Below the pieces are notes generated by a model that was given only the letters and a program-made list of their open reading frames with translations, ran no database searches and was not told the origin of the DNA. Below are positions 24,134 through 37,034 of a stretch of DNA of 64,000 nucleotides, one piece after another (position 1 is the stretch's first letter; the number at the start of each line of letters is the position of its first letter). This DNA is from Heterodontus francisci (taxonomy: Eukaryota), in the NCBI RefSeq assembly GCF_036365525.1, contig NC_090373.1:172544080-172608079 (forward strand), written 5' to 3'. The translations under genes and the position numbers were made by a program.

Positions 24134-24881
24134 TCCCTTCAGGCAGTGCGTTCCAGATTCTAACCACCCTCTGGATGAAATGTTTTTTCCTCAAGTCCCC
24201 TCTAAACCTCATGCCCCTTACCTTAAATCTATGCCCCCTGGTTATTGACCCCTCCGCTAAGGGAAAAGTTTCTTCCTATCTAACCTATCAATGCCCCTCA
24301 TAATTTTGTAAATCTCAATCATGTCCCCCACTCATCCTTCTCTGCTCTAAGGAAAACAACCCTAGTCTCTCTTCAAAGCTGAAATGCTCCAACCCAGGCA
24401 ACATCCTTTTGAATCTCCTCTGCATCCTCACCAGTGCAATCACATCCTTCCTATAGTGTGGTGCCCAAAACTGTACACAGTACTCCAGCTCTGGCCTAAC
24501 TAGCATTTTATACAGTTCCATCATAACCTCCCTGCTCTTATATTCTTTGCCTTGGCAAATAAAGGCAAGTATCCCATATGCCTTCCTAACCACCTTATCT
24601 ACCTGTGCTGCTTTCTTCAGTGACCTATGGACAAGGACACCAAGGTCCCTCTGACCCTCTGTATTTCCTAGGATGCTACCATCCATTGTATATTCCCTTG
24701 CTTTGTTAGTCCTCCCAAAGTGTATCACCTCACACTTCTCAGGATTAAATTGCATTTGCCACTGTTCTGCCCATCTTACCAGCCCATCTATATTGTCCTG
24801 TAATCTAAGGCTTTCCTCTTCACTATTTACGACACCACCAATTTTCATGTAATCTGCGAACCTACTCATCATACCTCCTAT

Positions 24882-26903
24882 GTTCTTTGGGCCTCCTTAT
24901 CTCGAGAGACAATGGATACGCGCCTGGAGGTGGTCAGTGGTTTGTGAAGCAGCGCCTGGAGTGGCTATAAAGACCAATTCTAGAGTGACAGGCTTTTCCA
25001 CAGGTGCTGCAGAGAAATTTGTTTGTCGGGGCTGTTGCACAGTTGGTTCTCCCCTTGCGCTTCTGTCTTTTTTCCTGCCAACTACTAAGTCTCTTCGACT
25101 CGCCACATTTTAGCCCTGTCTTTATGGCTGCCCGCCAGCTCTGGTGAATGCTGGCAACTGACTCCCACGACTTGTGATCAATGTCACAGGATTTCATGTT
25201 GCATTTGCAGACGTCTTTAAAGCGGAGACATGGACGGCCGGTGGGTCTGGTACCAGTGGCGAGCTCGCTGTACAATGTGTCTTTGGGGATCCTGCCATCT
25301 TCCATGTGGCTCACATGGCCAAGCCATCTCAAGCACCGCTGACTCAGTAGTGTGTACAAGCTGGGGATGTTGGCCGCCTCGAGGACTTCTGTGTTGGAGA
25401 TACGGTCCTGCCACCTGATGCCAAGTATTCTCCAGAGGTAGCGAAGATGGAATGAATTGAGACGTCGCTCTTGGCTGACATATGTTGTCCAGGCCTCGCT
25501 GCCATAGAGCAAGGTACTGAGGACACAGGCCTGATACACTCGGACTTTTGTGTTCCGTGTCAGTGCGCCATTTTCCCACACTCTCTTGGCCAGTCTGGAC
25601 ATAGCAGTGGAAGCCTTTCCCATGCGCTTGTTGATTTCTGCATCTAGAGACAGGTTACTGGTGATAGTTGAGCCTAGGTAGGTGAACTCTTCAACCACTT
25701 CCAGAGCGTGGTCGCCAATATTGATGGATGGAGCATTTCTGACGTCCTGCCCCATGATGTTCGTTTTCTTGAGGCCGATGGTTAGGCCAAATTCATTGCA
25801 GGCAGCCGCAAACCTGTCGATGAGACTCTGCAGGCACTCTTCAGTGTGAGATGTTAAAGCAGCATTGTCAGCAAAGAGGAGTTCCCTGATGAGGACTTTC
25901 CGTACTTTGGACTTCGCTCTTAGACGGGCAAGGTTGAACAACCTGCCCCCTGATCTTGTGTGGAGGAAAATTTCTTCTTCAGAGGATTTGAACGCATGTG
26001 AAAGCAGCAGGGAGAAGAAAATCCCAAAAAGTGTGGGTACGAGAACACAGCCCTGTTTCACACCACTCAGGATAGGAAAGGGCTCTGATGAGGAGCCACC
26101 ATATTGAATTGTGCCTTTCATATTGTCATGGAATGAGGTGATGATACTTAGTAGCTTTGGTGGGCATCCGATCTTTTCTAGTAGTCTGAAGAGACCACAT
26201 CTGCTGACGAGGTCATAGGCTTTGGTGAGATCAATGAAAGCAATGTAGAGGGGCACCTGTTGTTCACGGCATTTCTGCTGTATCTGACTAAGGGAGAACA
26301 GCATGTCAACGGTCGATCTCTCTGCACGAAAGCCACATTGTGCCTCAGGGTAGACGCGCTCGGCCAGCTTCTGGAGCCTGTTCAGAGCGACTCGAGCAAA
26401 GACTTTCCCCACTATGCTGAGCAGGGAGATTCCACGGTAGTTGTTGCAGTCACCGCGGTCACCTTTGTTTTTATAGAGGGTGATGATATTGGCATCGCGC
26501 ATGGCCTGAGGTACTGCTCCCTCGTCCCAGCACAGGCATAGCAGTTCATGTAGTGCTGAGAGTGTAGCAGGGTTGGCACTCTTGATGATTTCAGAGGTAA
26601 TGCTGTCCTTCCCAGGGGCTTTTCCGCTGGCTAGAGAATCAATGGCATCACTGAGTTCTGATTTGGTTGGCTGTACGTTCAGCTCATCCATGACTGGTAG
26701 AGGCTGGGCTGCATTGAGAGCAGTCTCAGTGACTGCATTCTCCCTGGAGTACAGTTCTAGGTAGTGCTCAACCTAGCGGTCCATTTGTTTGTGTTGGTCA
26801 GTGATTATGTCCCCTGATTTAGATTTGAGGGGGGCGATCTTCTTGATGGTTGGCCCAAGAGCTCTCTTCATGCCATTATACATTCCTCTGATGTTTCCGG
26901 TGT
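24882..26903 (-). mobile_element. RTE-clade LINE, 5'-truncated copy 2, uninterrupted 585-aa RT ORF (24934-26691)
   Basis: NYRGISLLS, QCGFR, FIDLTKAYD, GVKQGCVL, FADN, C-terminal CSTCGKACHSRIGLYSH; 8-bp TSD CCTCCTAT at 24874-24881 and 26904-26911. Confidence 0.95.
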
Positions 26904-28371
26904 CCTCCTATATTCACATCTAAATCATTATGTACACGACAAACAGCAAAGGTCCCAGCTACGATCCCTGCGGTACACCACTGGTCACGGGCTTTCACTT
27001 GCAAAAACAACCCTCGACCATCACCCTCTGCCTCCTGCCACTAAGCCAATTTTGGATCCAATTTGCCAAATTGCCTTGGATCCCATGGGCTCTTACCTTC
27101 TTAACCAATCTCCCATGCGGGACCTTATCAAAAGCCTTACTGTAGTCCATGTAGACTACATCAACTGCTTTACCCTCATCTACATATCTAGTTACCACCT
27201 CGAAAAATTCTATCTGGTTCATTAGACATGATCTCCCCCTGACAAAACCATGCTGACTATCCCTGATTAATCCCTGCCTCTCCAAGTGGAGATTAATCCT
27301 GTCCCTCAGAATTTTTTCCAATAGTTTCCCTACCACTGATGTTAGACTCACAGGCCTGTAATTACCTGGTTTATCTCTGCTATCCTTCTTAAATAATAGT
27401 ATCACATTCGCTGTCCTCCAGTCCTCTGGTACCTCTCCTGTGGCCAGAGAGGATTTGAAACTCTGTGTCAGAGCCCCTGCTATTTCCTCCCTTGCCTCAC
27501 ATAACAGCCTGGGATACATCTCATCTGGGCCTGGGGATTTATCCACTTTAAAGCCCGCTAAAACAGTTAATACTTCCTCCCTTTCAATGCTAATATGTGC
27601 AAGTATATCACAATCCCCCTCCCTGATCTCTACACCTACATCGTCCTTCTCCATAGTTACACATAGTATATATACCAATGATAATGGTGGAGGTCTCGAA
27701 CTCACTGCCTAAATGGGGGCAGAGGCAGAAACCCTCATTGCATTTAAAAAATGCTTGGATTTGCACTTGAAGTGACGTAATCTACAGGGCTACAAACCAA
27801 GAGCTGGAAAATGGGATTCGATTGGATGGCGATGGGCTATATGGCCTCCTTCTCTGCCATAAATGTTTAAAGTTTCTTAGGATGTTAAAATAATCATTAC
27901 AAAGTTGAAGGTTAATTAAAGGTTATAAGAATATTCTTGTTGACCATAGCCTTTGCCTGGCACTTGTGTGGTATGAATATTGCCTGCCACTCATCAGTCC
28001 AAGCCTGAATGCTGTCTAAGACCTGCATAGGCTGCTATAGGTTCTCCATTATCAGAGGAGCTGTCAATTTGATGTCCATCCAGGCTTAGGCTGATGAGTG
28101 CAAAGCAATGACCATTTTCAACTCGAATTTCTTGAACAGTAATTCATTGGTTTTAAAATTTCAAAGTGACATTCTAAGGGTGTGAAAATGTTGTATATAT
28201 GCACATTGTTCTACCTTTTTCTTATACTTCTACTGACTTTTCCATTGATGAATGAAAATTCATTTGCTTGATGATTGCACCTGCCCCCATTTTAGTTAAG
28301 TCCCTGTTAAGCCTCTGAAGAGGACGTGGAGGCCAATCAGAGGTGAAGTCTACTTGATATACTTGCGTCTT

Positions 28372-28612
28372 ATCTTCTTAACCAATCTCCCATACGGGAC
28401 CTTGTCAAAAACCTTACTGAAGGCCATGTAGACTACATCAACTGCTTTACCCTCATCTACACATCGAGTCACCGCCTCGAAAAATTCAATCAAGTTAGTT
28501 AGACACAATCTCCCCCTAACAAAGCAATGCTGACTATCCCTGATTAATCCCGACCTCTCCAAGTGGAGATTAATCTTGTCCCTCAGAATTTTTTCCAATA
28601 GTTGCCCTACCA
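28372..28612 (-). mobile_element. CR1 RT internal fragment
   Basis: ORF 28350-28613 LLEKILRD...CLTNLIEFFE...FDKVPYGRL. Confidence 0.85.
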
Positions 28613-30243
28613 TTATATTGCAGTTCTGAAGATGGCACCTGCCTGGAGCTGGCCAGAGTTATACTGCTAACTTTACATGACTATCTGGTCAAGAAAAACA
28701 AAGCACAAGACACTAAATGTCGATTTAATTTTAGTGTTAAAGAGAGATGAGGGAACACTCAGCTCTCTGGTAATCATAAAACCTTGTGAAATTAGCTTTT
28801 TAAAGTTTGCTTTACATCGAATTGCATGAATGCTGCAAAGCCAGAGCATTGTGAGCTCACACCCATCAGTTTGGGTGACTTTAATCTGGCTTCAGCTCAA
28901 TGGGCTGAATGGCTATTTTCCACTCCAGTCTGTACAGTCTCTCAGGTCTATAATCATATGAAGTCAATGACTTTGGGGTAAAATTGGTCTTTGGTGAAAG
29001 TGCAAATCTGCAGACATGCTTCATACTATGCATTGAAATCATTGGAAAAGAAAATGGCACGTGGTGTAAAACCAGCTTTCCAATTTGCTATTACCCTTTT
29101 AGCGCTTTTGCCACATGTTAATTTCACATCCTTTGCCTAGGGCGTGGATGCAAAATGTGTAACTGGCCTATTTGCATAGAAATGTATTGTCAAAGTTCCC
29201 ATTTTAAATATATATATACATCTATATTTGATAAGGGACTTGTGACATAAACAATGTTTACCATTTAATGATCATACATTGAAAATTAGGATGACTGAGA
29301 TTTACAGCACAGAAGGGAGTCATTCTTCCCATCACGTCGGTGCTGGCACTTTGCAAGAGAAATGCAGATCTAATCACACTACCCAGCACATTCCACACAG
29401 CCTTGTACCTCCTTTATCTTCAAATGTTGATCCAATTTCCCCTTAAAGGATACAATGGTCTCTGCCTCAACCAGTCACTGAGGCAAAGCATAACATGCTG
29501 CAACAACCCTGTGTTTAGCCACGCATAGTAATATCTACACATCTCACAGCCATTTAGAAATCATTCTGCCTCTCCAAGTCTGGGGATAAAAAGTGTGCTC
29601 AGCGCCTAGACCAATTAAAAGTGGAATGTTCTGTGATGATAAGTGCCCAACTGTATTTTTATTGGATACCAATTGAATGACTGGCAGTGGCAATGTGGCC
29701 CGCATTCCATAAGGAGAATTTAAACGAATGGCTGTAAATTGCTCCAGTTGCTTGACACCTACTCAGAAAATCTTCTGCTTCACGGTTAAATAGAGATGAA
29801 AGGTATTCAGCATGTGTGTGGATTCTGACTCATTCCTACCATTGTGCAAAGCAACTCCAGAAACAAAACAAAATCTGCTGAAACATTAGACATTCTTTTG
29901 TTTCCAATTTTCTCCCCGGTCACCGTGCCTCCCAGCTGGCAACACTGACTCATGCATAGACCTGAGAGCATGGCTCCATTGATGGGCATCTTCAGGAGGC
30001 ATCAAAGACAAGCCTAATCCCGTGCTCATTCACCAGATAGGCTCTTTCCACCACAAGAGGTGACTGGAAGTGCGAGCCTTGATAGCTTTCCCCCTTGTTT
30101 TCTTGGGAGCAGTGTAGCCAATGGTAGCACCCACACATACAATCACATTGGCTGAAATCAACTAATCCAACACAGATCAAACTGAGGGTGTTCCTATGCT
30201 GTGTGGCTCAACGCCACGCTTGACATTGCACTTACCCAGTGTT

Positions 30244-30429
30244 GGGGGTGACATTGATCAAGGGCGGGGGCACAAAACAGAAAAGATTGGCTTTGTGGCC
30301 CCTTATATGATACACCTGATAGTCAGTTCTATTAAAGTCAGTGGAACTGAATATCGAGTGAGGTGTATAATGGGTGACCGATTCAAAACCACTCGTTTTG
30401 TTTCCCCTGCTCCATATTCAATTTCCCCC
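30244..30429. mobile_element. Old palindromic MITE-like element
   Basis: Ends GGGGGTGACATTGA / TCAATTTCCCCC; internal arms TACACCT/AGGTGTA and TCAGTTC/GAACTGA around a central loop; similar remnant at about 28975-29130. Confidence 0.55.
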
Positions 30430-31264
30430 ATCGACTTGTGTTCTTTTTCTTCCACACTTTCAATTTTGGACATCCTTTCCCAGAAAGTACAAATCAACTT
30501 TCATGCAGGCGGTTGTTAAAATTGTTTTGAATATGCAAGTAGATATCGAGATCCTCCGGAAACCATGTGAGCTGAGTTCTAGGTAAGAAACTCTGACAAT
30601 TAAGCAGCTGATGGCAACAGGGCTGGTGAGATATGCACAGTGATGCTGAGTAACAAGGGTAACGTGTCAAATACGACCTGATCCAAGTCTCCAAGGTAGA
30701 TGGAGTCTGGTTGAACCCTAAGATAGTTATGTATCACATGACATTTGAGAACACAGATGTTTATCACTTTTTATCGTCAAATACTTACCTAAGATTGATA
30801 CTTTAATCTTGTTTTTATTAAATCCAAGTTTGTCCAGTTGACTTTTTCGTCTCAAGTTCCAAATTATACACCAGCACCGAGCCTTAAAAACACATGTCTG
30901 GTTATTACATTTCTCCTAAGTCATAACAATGAGGTCAAACACAACAGTTTTTTTTTAGGTGAGTTGACGTTGAGCAATGTCAGTACTGGGAAATAAAACA
31001 CTGACCCATTTTTGATGCACCCAAATGCAGCTCTGAGTGCTCCCAGCTCACATGTAGCTAAGGTTGCCATTGTCCCAGAAGTGTGCTTTGAGCCCAGCTG
31101 CAACACAGTACCTCATGCACCAGCATAACTTTCCACACTAGCTTTTCTTCTGGCCTGTCTGGGTACGATTGCTAATTTGTGGAGCCTTGTGAACTATGCA
31201 GTGCTTTGAACTTGTGCCCACTTGCAGTTGTGTTGCATGTGCCCAAATTCATTTTGCAGAGGGT

Positions 31265-31440
31265 TCTTAGAATCATAGCATCATACAGAAGGAGGCCATT
31301 CTGCCCATTGTGCCTGTGTCAGCTCTTTTGGAAGAGCTATCAAATTGGACCCACTCCCCTGCTTTTTCCCCATAGCCTTGCAAATATTAGGCACCCCCTT
31401 CCCCTCCCCCGTCCCACCACTCAAAAATTTATCCAATTCA
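31265..31440 (-). mobile_element. CR1 3' end
   Basis: 'tagaatcatagcatcatacagaaggaggccattctgcccattgtgcctgtg...' terminus. Confidence 0.65.
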
Positions 31441-31444
31441 ATTC

Positions 31445-33290
31445 TTGGAGCCAGCAGAGGTTCGGAAATTTGAAGAGGTAATGTGCTTATCCACTTACTT
31501 CTAAAAGGAATCCTTGTAAGGCCAAATGTGGGTTCATTACAGTCAGACACAGGAGAATTTGTGATGGAGAATGGGGACATGGCGGAGAGACTAAACAATA
31601 ACTGTATATCTGTTTTCACAGAGGAAGATACAGAAAACATCCCAGAAATACTAGGGAACCAAGGGACTTGTGAAAATGAGGAACTGAAAGAAATTAGTAT
31701 TAATAAAGAAGCCGTACTCAAAAAATTAATTGGATTCAAAGTTGATAAATCCCCTGGACCAGATGAGCTACATCCCAGAGTATTGAAGGAGGTGGCTATA
31801 AAGATAGTGGATGCATTGGTGGTTATCTTTCAAAATTCTATAGATTCTGGAAGAGTTCCTGCAGACTGGAAAGTAGCAAATGTAACCCCACTATTTAAGA
31901 AGGGAGCAAGAGAGAAAACGGAGAACTACAGACCTATTAGTTCCACATCAGTAGTAGGGAAAATGTTACAATCTATTATAAAGGATCTGATAACTGGACA
32001 CTTGGCAAATAATGATATGATTGGGCAGAGTCAACATCGATTTATGAAAGGAAAATCATGTTTGACAAAACTGTTGAAACTTTTAAAGGATGTTACTTGC
32101 AGCATCGATAAAGGAGAACCAGTAGATGTGGTGTATTAGGATTTTCAGAAGGCTTCTGATAAGGTCCCACACAAGAGTTTAGTAAACAAACACATGAGAT
32201 TGGGGGTAATATACTGGCATGGATTGATAATTGGTTAACAGACAGAAAGCAGAGAGTAGGAATAAACAGGTCATTCTCAGGATGGCAGGTTGTTACTAGA
32301 GTGGTACTGCAAGGATCAGTGCTTGGACCACAGCTGTTCACAATCTACATAAATGATTTGGATGTGGGGACCAAATGTAATATTTCCAAATTTTCTGGTG
32401 ACACAAAACTAGGTGGGAATGTAAGTTGTGAGGAGGATACAAGGAGGCTTCAAGGGGATTTGGACAGGCTAAGTGAATGGGCAAGAACATGGCAGATGGG
32501 ATATAATGTGAATAAGTGTAAAGTGATCCACTTTGGTAGAAAAAAACAGAAAGGCAGAGTATTTATTAAATGGTGAGAGATTGGGAAGTGTTGATCTCCA
32601 AAGGGACCTGGGTGTCCTTGTTCATAAGTCATGAAAAGCTAGTATTCAGCTGCAGCAAGCAATTAGGAAGGCAAATGGTATGTTGGCCTTCATTGCAAGG
32701 GGATTTGAGTACAGGAGTAAAGATGTCTTGCTGCATAAAGCCTTGGTGAGACCGCACCTAGAGTATTGTATACAGCTTTGATCTCCTTATCTAAGGAAGG
32801 ATACACTTTCCATAGAGCGAGTGCAATGCAGGTTCACCAGGCTAATCCCTGGGATGGCGGGATTGTCTTATGAGGAGAGATTGCAGAAATTGGGCCTGTA
32901 TTTTCTAGGGTTTTGAAGACTGAGAGCTGAGCTCATTGAAACTTATAGAATTCTTACTGACTGTGACAGGGTAGATGTGAATAGGATGTTTCTTCTGGCT
33001 GGTGAGTCTAGAACCAGGGGACACAGTCTCAGAATAATGGGCAGGCCATTTAAGAGTGAGATGGGAGTAAGTTCTTTACTCAGAGAGTGGTGAATCGCTG
33101 AAATTCTCTACCCCTGAGGGTTGTGGAAGCTCAATCATTAAGAAGTTCAGGACAGTTGGATACTAATGACATCAATGGGTATAGGGATAGTGGAGATGAT
33201 CAGCCATGATCTGTTTGAATGGTGAAGCAGGCTTGATGGGCCAAATGGCCTACACCTACTCCTATTTCCTATGTTCCTATGTTCCTATGC
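31445..33290 (+). mobile_element. CR1 LINE RT to 3' end
   Basis: ORFs 31483-32139 (KSPGPDELHPRVLKE, NYRPIS) and 32301-32576 (QGSVLGPQLFTIYINDL); tail (ATGTTCCT)n at 33265-33289. Confidence 0.92.
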
Positions 33291-33735
33291 ACAGTCTTAT
33301 CACTTCAAAATGTCTCAAAGCATTTCACAGCATGATTTAATGCACAGTGACAAACAGCAATGAGAAGAACGACTAGTTGAAACGACCACTGGGAGATTTA
33401 AGATAATGGAAGGAGTTTCTACTATATACACAATTTCAGACCAGGGAATTAAGGCCTAAGGTAAGGAACTCTACAGGAAACAGCCAAATCAGAAAAGAAT
33501 TCTTTACCAAAAATATTTTGGAGCATTAACACTGGTTGCTTTTTTACAACCGTGTGCGGGGGCAGATGGGGCCTCAACATAGCGATGCATCCAAAAGACA
33601 GCACCTCCAACAGTGCAGCACTCCCTCAGTACTGCACTGGAGTGTCAGCTTGAAGTATGTGCTTAAGTGTCTGGAGTGGGGCCTGAATCCACAACCTTCT
33701 GACTCAGCTGTGCTACAGACTAAGTCATGGCTGAC
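33290..33735 (-). mobile_element. Deu-SINE fragments (3' piece about 33290-33380, 5' piece about 33560-33735)
   Basis: 'gcatccaaaagacagcacctccaacagtgcagcactccctcagtactgcactggagtgtcagc...ccacaaccttctgactcag'. Confidence 0.65.
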
Positions 33736-35137
33736 AGTATATGATATAAAGAAACAAATGGAAGAACACACAGGAGGTTGAACTGAACAAACACTGGGGA
33801 GGTGAGGAATAAAAACAACATAGAACAGAACTCATTGACTTCAACCTCCTTCATTGCTTTGAGTGAGGTGTTTGAAGCCATGCTGAACATTTTGGCACTT
33901 ACATTGCAGCAACGAATATGTGGGGGCCCACATAACTTTGAACACCCCTATCTGAGGAAGCCATCTCTCAAATTTAAGTCACTTGTTGCAACACCATATA
34001 CTGGTGAGACACGAAAAACCATGCAGACTTAAAAATAAGAGTCTCCACATGTTACATTCATTTTTTTAAAAAAAGAACCTCAAAAACTGCATAAATTAGA
34101 GTTGCTAATGAACATTTTTTTAAAAAATGACGGCCTCCAAAAATAACTTTTGGCAAGTTAAACACAGCCTGATCCCTTTGAAAATGGGGGTGGGGGAAAC
34201 AAATCTAAACATCTGTTCACACACATTAATCATAAAACATGAAAGGGATGTGCGTGTGAGAAATGCAGTTAGCAAACTTTTAATTATCGAGGAAGGGTTG
34301 AGGTAGAATAAAGTGTGTCACAGTGTCGCCACCTGAAAATTGATGAATGTGCATATTGACACAACACTCACATAGGAACTGTCAAGCAACAAAGGACTTC
34401 GGCCCATCGAATTCACCTTCCATCATCTTGATTGTCCCACGACACAACAATAATGGAGTTGTTGACTAATTCTAGTAATCAATCTCTATCAATTAGTCCA
34501 CAGCAGACTCAGACATGAGATGAGGAAAACCCAGTGGTGGAGAGCTTTGGAAACCATCGGTCCAAAGTCACCAATTCCTCCCAAGCATGTTACTCTTACT
34601 ATATGCCATGTTGCATATTACTCATTAGTAATCTGGAGAATAAAATAAAAATTATAAAATATTCCATATTTCCACAGACCTGAATCTATAATTTTCACAA
34701 AAGATGTACCAAATTGTGGATTCTAATCCCCAAAACACTAACAAAAATTACATGTAGTGAAAATAGAATGGGTACATACTTAGTCACTGTGGCCCCGGCT
34801 TTCATAGAGAGAGTAGAAATTAGTCTGGATCCATTCTTGGGTTCGAATTTGGCACTGTCATAGCAGCATGCACCCAAAACAGAAGACTTGAAGATGGCTA
34901 TAAATTAGCCCTCAGGCCTCAGCTACATATTTGGAGATGAGCTGTTGGCACTGGTCATGCCATCACAGGCAACTCGCCCCACAAGAACAGCCAATTTTGG
35001 GCCATCTCTGATACCAACAACAGCTTTCAGGTAAGTTCCAAGTGAGGTTTGGAGTGGAAACTGGAGGAGGGGGAAGCAATATTGATTTTTTTTCCTAGCT
35101 CCACAGAAAGGGTTTTAAAAAAAATAAATATATCAAC

Positions 35138-36127
35138 TGTGACGGAAATCACACCTACCAAATGGAAACATATTAATTTCGTCATATAGGATACTATTTG
35201 AAACCTTTTTTATTGGACATTGCAAAGAATTTGTTTAAAAAAAAGAACTGAACAGCTGAAAACATGGTTGCGCACTTGCATTCTGAAAAGACCAGGACTA
35301 GCTGAGAGACAGTTGAATAGAAAGACAATGGGAGTGCTCACTGATTCAATTAGCTTGATGGGTTTTGTCAATAGTGACGATCAAAAGACACCAACAGCTT
35401 TTGACTTAGTAAGAGACAAAACTCCACCCCCCACCGAGTATGTTTGGGAAGCTCTGAAATCCGACCACCATCCAAGAAGTGACTGTTTCAAAAAGAGATG
35501 GTCACATGACCTACCTGCTAGTAAGACTGGGGCTTTTTTTGAATTGTGCCTCACAGAAAGGAACAGATGGCAATTTGAACACGAAAGAGAAGATCTCTCT
35601 CTCTCCAGCAAAGTTTCAGGGAACCCATGGTGGCAGCTTAGACTTCAAGACTACAGATAAAGCACCTCTTCAGTCTTCTGGTACCAGAGAAACAGGTCTG
35701 GAATTGCGCACGTGGCCTCAGTGAAGCCTTCCAGATCTTAACTTCAATCAAGGACATTATATCAAAGGCACAAAGGACAGTACCTGTATTCCATTTATTG
35801 CCAACTCTACTTCAACATCCCCCCCCAACTCTTTCTTCCCCTCTGTATCTATTTGTGTGTGTGTTCCTCTCGTATGCATGCGAGCATGGCTGCGTCGTGT
35901 ATTTTAATAATTTTTATCCAAGTTAGAGTGATTACATCTTTCTTGCTTAAACCTAAGAAAACCTGCCTGATTGGTTCATTTGCAATTGTAATAAGAGTGC
36001 AGTGAGCACGGGCTCACTGAGGTGGTAAGCCAAAATCATTGTGTTTTAAAAGATAAACCCTGTTACAGCCAAACCAGAGAAGGAGCAAGAAGGGAGCCTG
36101 AGACCCCTTCCTCACCTGGTCGTAACA
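35138..36127 (+). mobile_element. Solo LTR, copy 3 (divergent subfamily)
   Basis: TGTGACGG...CTCACCTGGTCGTAACA; 3' part similar to copy 2; flanks CAAC/CTAC (4-bp TSD, one mismatch). Confidence 0.85.
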
Positions 36128-37034
36128 CTACATATAAATAACTTACCTTCAGTTTGCAGATGCAGGGGCTGTTGAAGAATCCTGAATTTTGAAACAGGGC
36201 CCTTCCACAGGTGTTAGGTCCCTAATTAAAGGATTCAAGGGGTTTGACACCTGCTTTAGGTGACCATCCAGGATGCCTAAAAAATGGGCCTCACTAATTT
36301 AGCCATGAGCACAACGCCTGCAGAGATTCAACACAAGCTGTCCCACTGCTAAATTGGTAGGCTTGGCATCTGTTTTATACATAAAAAACAGACGCACTGC
36401 ATATTAATTTCTACCCAATTATCCTTTTAAAGCCAATATTTTTGGGATGCAGTTGGCTCCAAAGTGAAGTAACAGGTGATGGGAGATTGGAGCTGAGTTG
36501 ATCTTCTCTGGCAGGTTTTCTAAGCTGACACCTGAACCAGGCAGGTACACAGCTGACCTGGCTCACTGGCAGGACTTGAAGGTCCAGACTGGCCACTGGG
36601 GCTTGAGATTCTCTTCACATGGTTCTAAAGCATCCTGCAAGTCAGTTTCTCTCAAGTAAGGTCGTCCCAGTGATTGAAGTGTAATTTGTTATGATGTACT
36701 CAACTGCTACCTACTCTGCTTAAACTTTAAACCTTGCCATTATAACATTTGACACTGCCCCATAAACTTTGACCCACTCCCCCCACCCATAACCACTGCT
36801 TTATTTATTCACTTTAAAGAAGGAGGGCCAGTGGAACGGTGTACAGTAAATTCAACTGAATGGATTGGAGATGGTGGGCACCATGGACCGATATTCCAAC
36901 ACACGCCCCCAGTGTGCGAAGTGGCATGACAAGCAGTGGCGAAGATAAATTTAACCTCTATAGGACCTTTGAAGCCCACCACCATTTTTCTTGGGACCTG
37001 CTGCTGGGTGGCCCAGACTCCTGTATGAGCAAAT

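Larger units (their letters stand above)
23843..27657 (-). mobile_element. CR1 LINE RT and 3' end, nested in the older CR1 and split by RTE copy 2
   Basis: ORFs 26995-27705 (KSPGPDEMYPRLL...KAFDKVPHGRL) and 24315-24872; same (ATGACTCT)n tail and subfamily as 3585-4592. Confidence 0.92.
16915..27860 (+). mobile_element. Near full-length but internally deleted CR1 LINE hosting nested insertions; own segments about 16915-18188, 18528-19416, 23530-23843, 27660-27860
   Basis: ORF1 Zn-finger MAGHLSPIKC...CRKC at 17235 and SGNH esterase motif AIVIGDSIVRG at about 17648; ORF2 RT pieces continue in order across each insertion; CR1 3' end at 27690-27860. Confidence 0.8.
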
